A stretch of DNA of 64,000 bases. Origin: Owenia fusiformis (taxonomy: Eukaryota). This document shows positions 36,751 to 51,800 of this stretch, piece after piece. The position numbers were made by a program, and so were the translations under genes. The stretch lies in NCBI GenBank assembly GCA_903813345.2, contig CAIIXF020000001.1, forward strand, positions 49,848,001 through 49,912,000, given 5' to 3'. Under the pieces are notes generated by a model that was not told the origin of the DNA, made no database searches, and worked only from the letters and a program-made list of their open reading frames with translations. Within the stretch, counting starts at the first letter, position 1. Every line of letters begins with the position of its first letter.

Positions 36751-39700
36751 TCACAAGAAAGGCTCTATTGTGAGTTCTATAACAGCACAAGGATTGTTCA
36801 GTTCAAACTTTGCTAGTACATCAGGATGTAGTACACCAAGTTTGCCTATAGGTGTCCCTCTGAGCAGCACTTCAGCACAACGGCCAGGGAAGAAACTGGG
36901 ATCTGTAAATACATGACATTTAATAAATTGGATTCTTCAGCAAGAAATACAGTATTGAGCTATTATTGACCTGTTCAGAGGTTGACAGCTCTTTCACAAA
37001 AATCAAAATCAAGTTTCTAACTGAGGCATTAACAATATTGATTGAAATCATTTCTTCCTTGTTTATTAGATTTTGGACAGTTTCTGGGATATATTGAAAA
37101 AACAGCATCTTAAATCTTAAAAATCTAAATTAAAAGATCTTTACTATTGAAGGGTGACTGAATAGACAGTCATGATGCTATAATACACACAATCCCGGGA
37201 TTGTTTTCTTACCATTGCTTGCCCTCATGCAATAACCATTAGTCTTATCATAAGGAACCTCCAGTAACTGCATGGTTCTGTCTAAAAGACCATGAATCAC
37301 TTCAAAGCCTGGGCTCTTATTGTAGTTTATTGCACAGAAATGTCTTACATTTCTAGCCCCAACATCTACAATGAAATTCATTCATGAGTAAACTTTTTAC
37401 ATTTCATTAGATGGCCTTGATCACTACTATAGAAGTGTGCATTAACTATATGACGCTTATTTTATTTATTCACCTATTTAGCACTAACATATCATGTAAA
37501 TTAATTATTTGTAATTTGTAGTATATTAATGTATTTAAACTATTGTGACTCTCTGTTACTTAGAGGTAAATAAGTTTTCAGTACAATTAGCATACACTTA
37601 TTTATAAAATTAAAAGAAAGCAATTTTATTTTGAAAAATCAAAAACGTCCAAATGCATTTTTAAAGGGGGATGGGTCAACATATTTTTGGACAGCACTAG
37701 ATACCTTTTTCAGAATCTGTTATGATAACATCAGAGATTTCAAATAATTTCATGGGTAGTGGCATCTTTTTGTTACAGTATATTGTCTTTAGTATACCAG
37801 GCAGCAAAGTTGTCCTGGCAACCTAAAAATATAGAACACATTATGTCCAATAAAGTTGATTTTGATCGTTTAGGAAGTTAGTTGTAGGGAATTGAAATTG
37901 ATACCAACTTCTACTTTTTATAATTCTGTTATAAAAATACATATACTGAAAATGGATTCTAAAGTAAAAGTGTTACACAGCATTTTGGAACTTCATGACT
38001 CAGAAATACACAGCAGTATGATTTTAAGAATTTAGATTTGATCCATAAGGATGTAATGCTTGGAATTAGCCTAATGATAACACTTGAAGGAGAGAACTCA
38101 CAACTAGGGTAAATCAAAAACAGAATTTTACTGAAGTAAAATAAACATTTTAGGCCTATATGTGAATTCTGTCGTACCTGAAACTCTGCAGTTTTGGGGT
38201 TGCCAATATGAACAGCTTTGGCATCTTCTATTTTCTTAAGCAACTTGTCAGAAACATCATCCTTAGAACACTAGAAAATACAAATAAAGCAATAAATCTC
38301 ATTATTTACTTCTTGTTTACAATATGTCCATTCCTAAAATAATATAAACAAATTTAACAAGACACATAGTGGAGTTTGGTTGGAAAAATGGAGGAAAGGG
38401 TTTGAGATAAGAAGTCCAAAAATGGCATTTTTAAAACTTCTGCATTACCACTATGAGACAAGTATGAGATATGAGTAAGTGCAATTTCATGAAGTGGCCA
38501 TCGCACTGCATTTTATTTAATTTCCAATATTACATGGACCCGTATAATATCTGACTATGTTACCTAACTCCTCATACAGGTACTACTATATTCACTTCAT
38601 ATTCACCTGTTTATTTGAGATAACACCTGACACTCCAATTATTAAGCTGAAGGCAATGGATTCATTGTTGATGACTTAAACCAAGAATGTCTTATTATCA
38701 AGATTCTGATTGAGGGGGAAAGTCCAAATTCAAAGGCTTGGACACAAGACATGGGTACATTAATTCATCCACAATTCATAAAGGCATGTGCTAAAATTAT
38801 TTTCTCACATTGCAAATATTGCAAACATTGTACATTTCACTAAAAAAACATACTTTTGAAGGGAAACTTCTTTTCACAGCCATATATATGATATAACATC
38901 TGTAATAAGGTTACATAAAAGTATGCAAAACTAAGAGTTATAATCATTTTAAAATGGTGAAAATGATGAAAATAACATTTCCCCTGACGGAAGTTCATGC
39001 ATTTTGTTATAAACACGTAACGTCTTTATAACCAAGTGGGGACCAGTGATTGATGAGGGTCATCAATTTCACTGTTCTCAAAGTAGTCATTCAAATGTTG
39101 TAATTTTAAGAATGCAAGTGATACTAAATTCTATGTTGTGATTGGCTGAAATTTGATGCCTAGCTATGTGTAAATGAACAGTAAATGCAACCATTGAAGC
39201 AATAATATTATAGATATTATAGAAGATGTATCCATCTATTATCATATTACTTTTTTAACACTGCACAAATTACAAATTAATTCAATGGGTAGAGTGATTT
39301 GCAAAAGACAAGCCATTTTTCAGTGTTGCATAAATTCTCTACACTTACCCCCCCCCCCCCCCCCCCTTCACATACAGACACATATACTACTTAACATCTT
39401 CAGACACATGGTAAGAAAATTGAGAAAGGGAAAGGTCCTAGACTAGTCCAGAGTCAGAGGAAGACCAAAGGGTTGAATAGGGAGATTTGAGACCAGAGAC
39501 TAGATGCATGGGGGCCATATATAAGTGTATCAGTGTACCAACCAGTGCAAATGTAAGGGCCTCTGTGAATCCTGCAGCAGCTATGTCAAGTCTGAGAAGG
39601 TCTGTCAGCTTGTTGATAGCAAACTGTTCTCCTATAGTGTTAGTCTTAGGTATGGTTTGATTGATGTTGTTGTAGCCATGTGCAATAGCAACGTCTTCCA

Positions 39701-40108
39701 TGATGTCACAGCCGTGAATAACATCTGTAATGAGGTCACATAAATAGTATACAATTACTAAGAGTTATAATCATTTTTTTAAATGGCAGAGAACAGGATA
39801 TGCTTTTAATACAGAGACTTTTGAAAAGAACATAGTGAAAAAAATCAATTAAAAATATAGCAGTTGAAGAATTATCAAAAGAAATTGTTTCCACAAAAAC
39901 AAGATGAAAACACAGTTTTTTTTTATTATTTTAGTTTATAGAAAGTACATGTAATGTATTATGTTGTGAATTAATTAAATTAAACCACACTTATTAATTA
40001 CCTGCTCTAGTTGGTGGCACCTCTACAGAGAGAGTCCTACCATCATCTTGTACCTCTGCAGTGAGGCACATACGTGTTAACAGCTTAGCAATCTGGTTGG
40101 CATTCTCA
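36751..40108 (-). CDS. FARSB: Phenylalanyl-tRNA synthetase beta subunit, last six coding exons: 40108-40002, 39724-39543, 38270-38178, 37822-37705, 37365-37213, 36902-36751
   Basis: GT-AG boundaries with consistent phases. Motifs LAKLLTRM-like ([10 protein letters not shown]), [93 protein letters not shown]. Confidence 0.97.
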
Positions 40109-40372
40109 CTGGAAAACACAACACATAATGCACATGTATAGTTTTCATAATAAAGTAAACAAATTTCTCCTAATGATTCTAATATTCAGTACTTTTTTAT
40201 GTTTTCGATGATTTTCACATTGGAACGTTTGTTCCATGTTCATTTATCCATATACCAACTGTCAAATTCCAACTCTTATGTAACATGTGTATTAATTTCT
40301 TGACTGTATGACAAAATATTTAGAGGGACAGTAAAAAAGTCATTATGTGTACAATAAGAATTTATAAGGACA

Positions 40373-40610
40373 TTTATCATCATATCAAACTATTGAAAAA
40401 TGCCCACACTGAGATTCAGACCATTTCCCAATAAGAAACCAGTTTAAAAAGTTTATTGCCAGGAGTGAAAAGTAGTTGCTATTGCCAGTCATATATCATC
40501 ATATAAAATTATTGAAAAATGACCACACTGACATTCACACCATTGCCCAATAAGAAACCAGTTCAGAAAGTTTATTGCCAGGAGTGAAAAGTAGTTGCCA
40601 TTGCCAGTCA
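40373..40610. repeat. ~119-bp tandem duplication in the FARSB intron
   Basis: TTATTGCCAGGAGTGAAAAGTAGTTGC..TTGCCAGTCA occurs twice, ~119 bp apart. Confidence 0.7.
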
Positions 40611-42226
40611 GGGCAGATGTTGGTTGCAAAAGTTCCTGGAAATCAAGTTGATCAAGCCTCAAACAGTAGAATTAAGTGTGGGAGTATCTTCCTAACCAAT
40701 CTCAAGTACTCAGTGTTTAGCTCAAGAATGTGACATCTTCTGTGTTGTCTTAGTGATTATAAAACATTTACTGATTGAATCTTAGCTATCATAACAGACC
40801 AATGGGATATAAAACAGGTAAGACCTGTTCATAATCCAAATCAAAAACATCCAGTTAATTTACAATAAGGATAAACCAATTATCTCCCAGATTCTCACCT
40901 TACTCTTAATTCAAATCAAAAACATCCAGGTAATTTCCAATAATGATAAATCAATTATCTTCTTGATTCACACCTTTTTCTTAATCCAAACATAAAACAT
41001 TCAGTTCTTTATGAGGATAAACCAATTAACTCTCAATTCACACCTTTCCAAACATTCTGTTGTTTTCAACAAATTAGGGATGTCACTGAGACTAAATAAG
41101 TTAATTATGACAATATTGGTTCTTTGATTACATTGTTTATGTAAAGATAAATAACAACTATAACATTGACTCAATATGTAGCTATTATTGAAATGTCAAA
41201 CTGATATTTAAAGGGAGAGAAAAACAAAAAAACGTCCAAATTTTCCATGTCAGAATAAGAGAAATATTTCCCGAATGTGTCTCTAAATATAATAAATTTG
41301 ACATTTTATTAAATGCATTATTGACTTTTTGCTATACTGCTTTAACATCTCACAAAGTCTCACTTTTTAATGTGATTTTAAGAAATTTGCATGTTTAACA
41401 ACTAAGGCTTTGGATTTTCTTCAATATTATGACATTTTAAAATTCAGTGCATTATTTCTTAGTAGAAGCACTTTGATTTACAGTTATTTTTATTTTATTC
41501 AATTTCTAAGGATTTTGAACTTTTCTGAAAACTTTCAGGCTAAATACCCATTGACACAATATAAATCATCTTCCAAAGGTAATTTATTCTTTCAAGGATC
41601 ATTGTTTAAGCTTCAATCACAAAGTACACAAGATTCCCTAGTTAGGGTTCCACCTCTAATCTGTTGAGAAACATTCACTAAATCAAGACAAAGGTGACTT
41701 GTAAAAATAAAAAAATAAAAAATAAAAAAATGAGAAAAAAGTGTTGCAAATATTCACAATCTTTATCCAATTTTGTTTACAAACATTTCTGCCTGCGAAC
41801 CATGACATTATTAATCTCGCTAATATTCCCCAGTTTCTTTTGTTCTTTGATAAGGGTCAAGATTAGTTTGAAAGGCCAATTGGCCTGAGATATGCAGGTA
41901 ATATAATAATGAAATTGGACATATGTAATTTTGATTACATAAGAATACTACTGTATATTATAGTAAAGCTAAGTAGAAAACAACACCTAGATATACATAA
42001 GTAGGTGTCCTGTTAGTTTCATAGAAATGCATGTTAAGTGCCTTATCTAATGAGCCTATGTTAAGCTAATAACATGAAAACAATTAAAAAAAGCCAATCA
42101 ATAAATTATAAGCCAAGAATAAAGGGTTGCTCAACACAAAGTGTCTGTAAAGTGAGAGGTAGGAGTGGTCAAGTAATTGGAGATCATTCTTTAATTTGGA
42201 TTGTGAAATTCCACATTTAATCAAAT

Positions 42227-45170
42227 ATGAATCTAGATAAGATGAAGATAGTTTTAATTCTGACACTGACAACAATAGGGCATGTTTTTGGATATTTCCA
42301 AATTCAAAATAAATTGTCTTCAAAGACATATGATCAAGATGGTGACTTGATACTAGCAGCACCGTTTAGTATATCAGGCCCAGGAGCAACTGCAGGGGCA
42401 CTTTGTAGTGAAAGTCTCTACTATCTGATATCAATGCAGCATGTAGAAGCAGTTGCATTCGCAGTCAACAAGATCAATGCAAGGAGGGACATTCTACCAG
42501 ATGTGACACTAGGCTTCACAACATTTGATATTTGCCTACGAACATCTGCAAGTCTTGCTGGGATGTTGCATTTCATACCAATGAGTGAGGAAACCAAAGA
42601 TTGCAACAACATATCATCAAATACCAAATCAAGGTTCAAGGAAATCGTGGGACTTGTTACTCAAATTGGAAGTCAAAGAAATCAACTGATTGCCAATTTC
42701 TTGAATATTTTCTCGATTCCCCAGATTGCCTCTGTGTCTACAAGTGATATACTGAGCAACAATGATGACTATCCATACTTCAGTAGGGTGGTGCCACCAG
42801 ATAGGTTCCAGGCCCAAGCCATGGTTGATGTCATGTTACACTTTGGCTGGAGCTATTACTCTATGGTATACTCTGAAGGAGCATATGGAGCCAATGGTAT
42901 GGGACATGTAAATCGCATTGCAAAAACTAAAGGTCTGTGTAATGCATACCTAGGTATGCTCCCCCTCACTATCACCGATTATACAATCTATGATGAAATA
43001 GTGCAAAACCTTAGAAGCAAGAAGGCAAAGGTTGTAGTTTTATTCTTGGAACCAATACACATCGGAGAATTGTTGACCTATATTGACAAATACAATGCAC
43101 AAGGCGAATTCATCTGGATTGGATCAGATACCTTTGAAGAACCAGATGTAGAGAAGTTCCCAGAAACAGTACATGGGGCATTTTCTATTCAATTGACAGC
43201 TCAACCTGACTATGACTTCATCACACATTATGAAAACTTGACGCCATGGAACAATCCCCAAAATCCCTGGTTTAAGGCTTTCTGGGAGCTAGCATTTGAC
43301 TGCATCTGGGATGTCAATTCTACTGACAACCGTCCACTCTGTACAAACTTCAAATCTCTTACAGAATCAGAAAAGCATAAAAAGACTCCTTGGGTTCCTC
43401 TCTTAATTGACACAGTTTATGCCTTTGGGTATGCACTAGACAATCTCATCAAGAAACATTGTGTTGAAGATATAGGAAATAAGCAAGATCTCTTGCATTG
43501 TGTACAGAAGTCTGACTTGACAGCATTTATAAGGGAACTGGACTTCAGAGGCAGTTCTGGTATAATATCATTTGATGAAAATGGCGATGCAAAAGGAGCT
43601 GGTTATGTGATCAAGCACTTCATCCCAAACAGGGACACTGGATATGAAGTTATTGAAATTGGTTCTTGGATTCGTACAACAGAAACACTTGACCTCTACA
43701 CTCGAGATGTGTATTGGTATAATGACAGCAAAACTGCTCCCAATTCTATCTGCAGCCAGGAATGTGGTGTCGGTGAAATCAAAATTCAGCTTGAGCTGCC
43801 ATGTTGTTGGGACTGCTTCAAATGTTACGCTAATGACATCACCATCAACAATTCATACTGTTCACATTGTCCAACATTTGAATGGCCAGATGAAAGCACA
43901 GCTTCAACATGTACTCTGATAGAACCAGACTTTATAAAACTAACATCTGACTATTTATTCACATCGCTCTTTGTTTTAGCATCACTTGGAATGACTGCAA
44001 CATTATGTATACTTGGCTTGTTCATATATTGGAGGAATGAAAAGATAATCAAAGCTTCAACAAAGGAGTTTATATACTTTCTTCTTGTTGCCACAGTGCT
44101 TGTGTATGGGATCAGCTTTGTGTATCTTCTCAACCCCAGTGTGATCATGTGCTACTGTGGACGTGTTGGCTTCAGCATTGGCTTCACAATTCTATATGCA
44201 CCTTTACTGGTTAAGGTTGCAAGAATTTACAACATATTCAGGGCAGGTTCTAAACTGCAGCTGAATCTTCCCAAGTGGATTGAGATAAAGAAATCACTGA
44301 TCATAACCTTTGCACTGATCACAATTCAGGTAAGAAAGTTGAAAACTATATACACAGTTATAACTAATATATGTCAGATTAAAATAGTATATATAAATAA
44401 TACAGTTTGTAAATATTATGTTGATAACTTTTTCCTCTTATATCACTATCAAGGCAAGTATAACCTAGTTTTTCAAGTCAGTATGGCCTGACATTGAGAA
44501 GGTCATACTGCCTCTAGGAGTAAGAGCATATATACCAGTGATAAAAACAGTTCAAATTGATAATATATCTACTTTATTACAATTTGTTAAATTTTGTATT
44601 AGAAATATATGCTTAAGTGTGCACGCAGCTATATCTAGGTATGTTATTTTGTATATTATCATTTAGGTTGGCATATCTGTTGGAGTGATACTGACGGCTC
44701 CGCCAGATGTGATAAAGAGAATGCCTGTTGAGACGGAGAAGTTTGTAGAAGTGGTTTGTGATTTCCCAATGTGGAGCATGATTGCTTCAATAGTCTACAA
44801 CTTGGTGCTTGTCTTAGCAACTGCAGCATTGGCTTTTCTAACAAGAAAACTACCTGACAATTTCAATGAAACCTTACACATTCTGTTATCTGTGTGTGCT
44901 ACACTGTTTCTTTGGTTGTCATTTGTCCCCACATATTTCATAACATATCGGGCAAAGCACCAGCAGATGTTGTTCTCTGTCATGTTCATGTTGACAGGGC
45001 TTGTTTCTATACTCTGTTTATTTGCGCCAAAGATTTATGCAATAATGTTCATAGATGAAAGTAAGATTACATTTTCCTCCACATTTTCATTTAACACAAA
45101 ACAAAAAAGTAACTCAGAAAATGGTCACAAAACAAGACCAAAATCTTTACCTAACACAACACTAACTTAA
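42227..45170 (+). CDS. Class C GPCR (mGluR-like), copy 2; exons 42227-44329 and 44667-45170; ~868 aa; nested antisense in the FARSB intron
   Basis: Same domain architecture as copy 1; intron CAG|gtaaga...tttag|GTT (337 bp); intact reading frame. Confidence 0.95.
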
Positions 45171-46341
45171 AGTAACTGTTGATGAGAGGGAGCAACCAAG
45201 ATTGTCCAAAAAGCACATGGCGAATAATTTCAGATTGGTATATTTTAATTCATGTAGATAAATTTATGTATCATATGCCACATTCTTCCCCTAATGCTTA
45301 GGATGTTGATTTTATGATTTACAAAGATGCTGACTTGTTCAAAAACAGTATGTTCAATATTTTATACTTAAACTGGAATAATCTTAAATTATTGTGTTTC
45401 TATAAAGGAAAAATATTCCAACATGAAAGGATTCAATATTAAAAAATTGAATACGTTTAATATATCTGTTTTATGAGAATGATTAGCAAGTGTCAAAACT
45501 TTTTGTTTGAATAAAATATTTGTTTTTTTAAAAAACATGTATATATTAAATTTTCAATCTGTTTTTGAGCAGACTATTGCTAATCAAATGAATTATTCTG
45601 TGTATCTCAAATAGCATAGCATCAAATAATAATAATAAAAACAAAAGAATATGCCGTTTTGGTATATTATTCACACCTACGGTATATATTATGTACATAT
45701 TAGGCACACCTACCCCTCAGCCTTTTGAACTTCTTATTTAAAGATTAAAATAAAGAGATATATCTATCAAGAAATATGACATAATCATGGTATTTCTTTA
45801 ATTAAGTTGCCATTTTCTATTTTCAAGGATTATTTCAACATTGAAAAGGAGTGCAGAAATACTCTTTTAACAAGCAATTTCAATACATATAGGGGTTTCT
45901 AAAGTAGCATCCAAATATTAAGAGAAACTATTTTTGGCACAAATACCATCTTACATTGATGAATAACATATATTGTTAGATATGATTCATGATCATTTCA
46001 TGCAGATATGAGGGTCATTTGCTTCATCCCATTTTCAATATTTGTAAAATTATCTAACATCTATGAATGGGAAATATGCAATATGCTCCTTTTCAAGATA
46101 AATACCTAGACTATTTTTACTAGGCTTTTTTTAAGGTCTGACATCACAATAAAGAAAGGAGTTGGAGAGAGAATACACCCTTGCTGAATAAATCACTGAA
46201 ATAAATGGATTAAAAGTGAAGTAAGGGGCAACTCTTTTTGACCAACTTGATGTAACATTTGAAACATCCCATTTACCAGATTTGCTATATATATACTATA
46301 ACAGAGAAAATAAAAGTGAAATGTTGGATTTACTTGTTTTG

Positions 46342-47450
46342 TTATCCCATCGAACGAAGTTCGGAGGGATATAGGGAATGCCTCCGTCCGTCCGTCCGGG
46401 CCATAACTCAAATACCGTTGGCCCGATTTTGTTCATATTTTGAACACATAACCCTATTTGGATAGAAGTTCTACTCGAAAGCTGATTTTCAAAATGGCCC
46501 CTCATTTAAAAATGGCGGCCATTTTAGTGCCGATTTTACAGTTATTTAGGTGCAATAAGTAAATCTGTAATAGCAATATGTTTTAAATGTAAAAAAATTA
46601 TGTAAGACATTGATAAAGCTAGAAATGTAGATATTAAAGAAGCACATGGCAGCCATCTTGAAAAATGGTGGCCTTTACTTGTTATTTTACGATTTTTGCT
46701 ATAACTCAACAAGTAGTGGAGCGATTTTGTTCATAATTGGTTTGTGAATACTATAAGCATGGCACACTGTCTAATGACACTTTTGGTAGAAGGTGGCCAT
46801 TTTGAAAATAGCCGCCATTTTAACATATTCTACTATAACTCGAAAAGTAGTGGAGCGATTTTGTTCATATTTGGTATGTGAATAATATAAGCATGGCACA
46901 CTGTCTAATGACACTTTTGGTAGAAGGTGGCCATTTTGAAAAATGGTCGCCATTTTAATGTATTTTACGATAACTCGAAAAGTGGTGGAGCGATTTTGTT
47001 CATATTTGGTATGTGAATACTATAAGCATGGTACACTGTCAAATTACACTTTTGGCATAAAGTAACACACATAAGAAAGGCCATCATTTTCAAAATGGTT
47101 ACTCACTAGCCAAGTTGTAATCAGAAGTAGTAATATGCTTTTTTTATAGTATTCTCATACCAAATATGAACAAAATCGCTCCACTACTTTTCGAGTTATA
47201 TAGTAAAATACTTTAAAATGGTGGCCATTTTTCAAAATGGCTGCCTTCTACCAAAAGTGTCATTAGACAGTGTGCCATGCTTATAGTATTCACATACCAA
47301 ATAAGAACAAAATCGCTCCACTACTTTTCAAGTTACAGCAAAAATCGTAAAATAAAGAGTAAAGGCCGAGTAAAATACATTTAAATGGCCGCCATTTTGT
47401 TCATATTTGGTATGTGAATACTATAAAAAAAAGCATATTACAACTTCTGA
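46342..47450 (+). mobile_element. HINE-like element, family 3, with internal tandem repeats and an internal inversion
   Basis: Head TTATCCCATCGAACGAAGTTCGGAGGGAT plus (GTCC)n; ~119-bp repeats (AGTAGTGGAGCGATTTTGTTCATA) forward at 46710-47060 and inverted at ~47150-47370. Confidence 0.7.
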
Positions 47451-47454
47451 TGTA

Positions 47455-48288
47455 ATGAAGGACCCACGGTCCTGTGCTCACACAGTTTGGAACCTTCAGA
47501 GGAACGTATATCCTGACTTTCAAACAAAAATATTGATTTGGATTTGTAGTCTCGAACTTAGATAGCAAAGTTGTGTGACCTAGTTTGATGACCTTTGACC
47601 TTGAAAATTTTACTTATTCATAGCTCAGAAAGGTATTTTGTGATTAAGCTGACCAAAATTTACATCCAAAAATCAATTTGAAAAATCAACTTTTTTGACC
47701 TTTCGAAGGTCACTGAAGGTCAAGTAAAGGTCAAATCCTAAGACTAATGTCAGATTTGAACTCCTGGCAACTTGTAGATGATTTTCAAAAAAAAATTTGG
47801 TCAAATTGAAGCAAGTTAAAAAATAACTTATTTTTTCTGATTTTTTGACGTCAAATATCTGAAAAACTGTAAAAATTTGATGCTGACATATATTTAGCAA
47901 TAAAATGACCAAGTCCTACTTTTTGTCAAATTTTATAGAGTAAACACCAAAAACTGTAATTCCCAGGGCTTTGAAATCTTCAGAGGACATAAGTTGCATA
48001 TACTACTAAAAGTTATTTGAAAGTTCTACTTCAACAAAGTGTCTAGTATTTACAGAAAATTTGACTTTTTGACGTCAAAATCCGCAATTTCTCGGAAACC
48101 AGGCGAACTTGGGAAATGGCGATGATAGGTCAAATAGGCATTATGGATATGCATAAAATGAATGTAGATATGACTCAATTTGAATAGCAATTTTAATTTG
48201 TGCGGCCAATGTTGACGGACGGACGGACCAACGGATGGACGGACGGACGCCTGGTCGATCCCATAGGTTCACTGTGTGAGCCAAAAAT
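47455..48288 (-). mobile_element. HINE-like element, family 4, minus strand
   Basis: Minus-strand 5' TTTTGGCTCACACAGTGAACC plus (GTCC)n; 3' ACTGTGTGAGC sub-TIR followed by hairpin GGACC-gtg-GGTCC. Confidence 0.7.
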
Positions 48289-48837
48289 GCCAGCCATTTC
48301 TGTTCAATGGGATTCGCTACGCTTTGGCATTGCCGTTGTTCTGGTTTATAATGTGCCAATCTATGTGAAAAAAACAAATACAACATTAAGTCATTTTTTA
48401 CTTAAACTTCTAAGCACCCTGTCCTGTAATGTATTAGGCTTTAAGTTCTATGATCACAAGGTATCAGCCTATGAAGCTTGAATCAAATCTCTCATCTGCT
48501 TTTTGAGTTACCATTAGACAGATGTACTGATGGACAGTGAACAGACAGATGAATAACTTCTCTATCCTACTCAAACAACTTTCTCGGGGATAAAAAATAA
48601 TGTGTTGCAAACTTTTTCTTTCATGGACATTTCTGCCAGCAAATTATTAAATTAGTCTAGCTAATATCCCCTGGTTTATTAGATGTATACAGGTTAGACA
48701 TGCTGGTTAGGTTATACATAATGATGAAAATTGATATATATAAGTTAAATGCATGTTAGATGCGTTATGAAGTAAGTCTTATTACCAAAAACTTTGAAAA
48801 GCAAAAGTAAAAGCAAAGGACTGTATGTTAATATAAA

Positions 48838-51800
48838 ATGAAGATAACATTAATTTTAACACTGACAATCATGACATGTATAGCACATGTATTTGGATAT
48901 TTCCAAATTCAGAATAAATTGTCTTCAAAGACATATAATCAAGATGGTGACCTGATATTAGCAGCACCTTTTATAATATCAGGCCCAGGAGCAACAAGAG
49001 ATGCACTTTGTAGTGAAAGTCTCTACTATCTCACATCAATGCAGCTTGTGGAGGCAGTTGCTTTTGCAGTCAACAAGATCAATGCAAGGAGGGACATTCT
49101 ACCAAATGTGACACTAGGTTTCACAACATTAGATATTTGCCTACGAACATCTGCAAGTCTTGCTGGGATGCTGCATTTCATACCAATGAGTGAGGAAACC
49201 AAAGCTTGCGACAACATATCATCGAATACCAAATCAAGGTTCAAGGAGATTGTAGGACTTGTTACTCAAATTGGAAGTCAAAGAAATCAACTGATTGCCA
49301 ATTTCTTAAACATATTCTCGATTCCCCAGATTGCCTCTGTGTCTACAAGTGATATTCTGAGCAATAATGATGACTATCCATACTTCAGTAGGGTGGTGCC
49401 ACCAGATAGGTTCCAGGCTCAAGCCATTGTTGATGTCATGTTATACTTTGACTGGAGCTATTACTCTATGGTATACTCTGAAGGAGCATATGGAGCCAAT
49501 GGTATGGGGCATGTAAAACGAATTGCGAAAGCTAAGGGTCTGTGTAATGCATACCTAGGTATGCTCCCCCTCATTATCACCGATTTTACAATATATGATG
49601 ACATAATACAAAATCTTAGAAGAAAGAAGGCAAAAGTCGTAGTTTTATTCTTGGAACCAATACATATTGGAGAATTGTTGACCTATATTGACAAATACAA
49701 TGCACAAGGTGAATTCATCTGGATTGGATCAGATACCTTTGAAGAACCAGAAGTAGAGAAGTTCCCAGAAACAGTACATGGAGCATTTTCTATTCAACTG
49801 ACAGCTCAACCTGATTATGACTTCATTGCACACTATGAAAACTTGACTCCATGGAACAATCCCCAAAATCCCTGGTTTAAAGCTTTCTGGGAGCTAGCAT
49901 TTGACTGCATCTGGGATGTCAATTCTACTGACAACCGTCCACTCTGTACAAACTTCAAATCTCTTACAGAATCAACAAAACATAAAAAGACTCCTTGGGT
50001 TCCTCTCTTAATCGACACAGTAAATGCCTTTGGATATGCACTTGACAATCTCATCAAGCAACATTGTGTTGACGTTATAGGAAATAAGCAAGATCTCTTC
50101 CATTGTATCCAGAAGTCTGACTTGACAGCATTTATAAGGGAACTGGACTTCAGAGGCAGTTCTGGTATAATATCATTTGATGAAAATGGCGATGCAAAAG
50201 GAGCTGGTTATGTGATCAAGCACTTCATCCCAAACAGGGACACTGGGTATGAAGTCATTGAAATTGGTTCATGGATTCGTACAACAGAATCCCTCGACCT
50301 CTACACTAGAGATGTGTACTGGTATAACAGCACCAACACTGCTCCCAAATCCATCTGCAGCCAGGAATGTGATGTCGGTGAAATCAAAATTCAGCTTGAG
50401 CTGCCATGTTGTTGGGACTGCTTCAAATGTTACCCTAATGACATCACCATCAACAATTCATACTGTTCACATTGCCCAACATTTGAATGGCCAGATGAAA
50501 ACACAGCTACAACATGTACTCTGATAGAGCCAGACCTCATCAAGCTAACATCTGACTATTTATTCACATCCCTCTTTGTTTTAGCATCACTTGGAATGAC
50601 TGCAACATTATTTATACTTGGCCTGTTCATATATTGGAGGAATGAAAAGATAATCAAAGCTTCAACAAAGGAGTTCATATATTTTCTTCTCATTGCCACA
50701 GTGCTGGTTTATGGGATCAGCTTTGTGTATCTTCTCAATCCCAGTGTGATCATGTGCTACTGTGGACGTGTTGGCTTCAGCATTGGCTTCACAATTCTAT
50801 ATGCACCATTACTGGTTAAGGTTGCAAGAATTTACAACATATTCAGGGCAGGTTCTAAACTACAGCTGAATCTTCCCAAGTGGATTGAGATAAAGAAATC
50901 ACTGATCATAACCTTTGCACTGATCACAATTCAGGTAAGACAAGTCGAATATATATGACACATTTCAGATTAAAGTTATATAATACTGTATGCAGTATGC
51001 AGACGTCATGTTGATAACTCTCTTCTTATATCACTATCATACCAAGAATGCCCTAATTTCTAAAGTTCAGTATGACCTGGTTTTGAGGAAAAAAAGCCAA
51101 AGATATGTCATTTATTCATATATGACCCATCGTGAGATATCACAGCCTTCTCTCAGTGTCCTTCTTGTGCATAGCAGAGATGGTCTGAGTATCAGAATGT
51201 ATATGACCACAGACTACTAAACAATCACTCCCTTTGCACAACTGGTCAAAATCTGCCCTGTGCCAAGTTTTAGACATTGCAACAGTTAACAAAGAATCAA
51301 CAATGAAGTTGTCGCTCTCCGCCAGAACAAACAGATACTTCATAGAGATGTTTGTTACATGGAGAGACAATCTTTGTGTATTTAGAAATGGTGGCCATAT
51401 GAAGGGGCATTTCATGAGTAATCTTTCAGACAGACAGTGATTGACAGACAGTGATTTTGGTTTAACTGACTTGTTTTTCCATGTTTGTAACCATTAACTG
51501 AACCATCAAGGATACTGATGAACACTTAAGTTAAATCTTTTTTCTTGGTTAATCGAAATCTGAAACTTGGGTTATGTAAGTCTTGTGACCAGAATTTAAT
51601 CCCCAGCCCCAATTACATAATGATTTACCCCATTGCACAATAAGGATAAGTTGATTGAGGATATGAACAATGATTATATTTCTGTGGTCCTTCATCACAT
51701 ATGAACAAATGACATATCATTAGAAAGAGGAGACAAGCTCCTCACTGATTTTATGGTTTTTCATTTGTTTTTGCTTGTTGCGTTTTTTGGACACAGTGTA

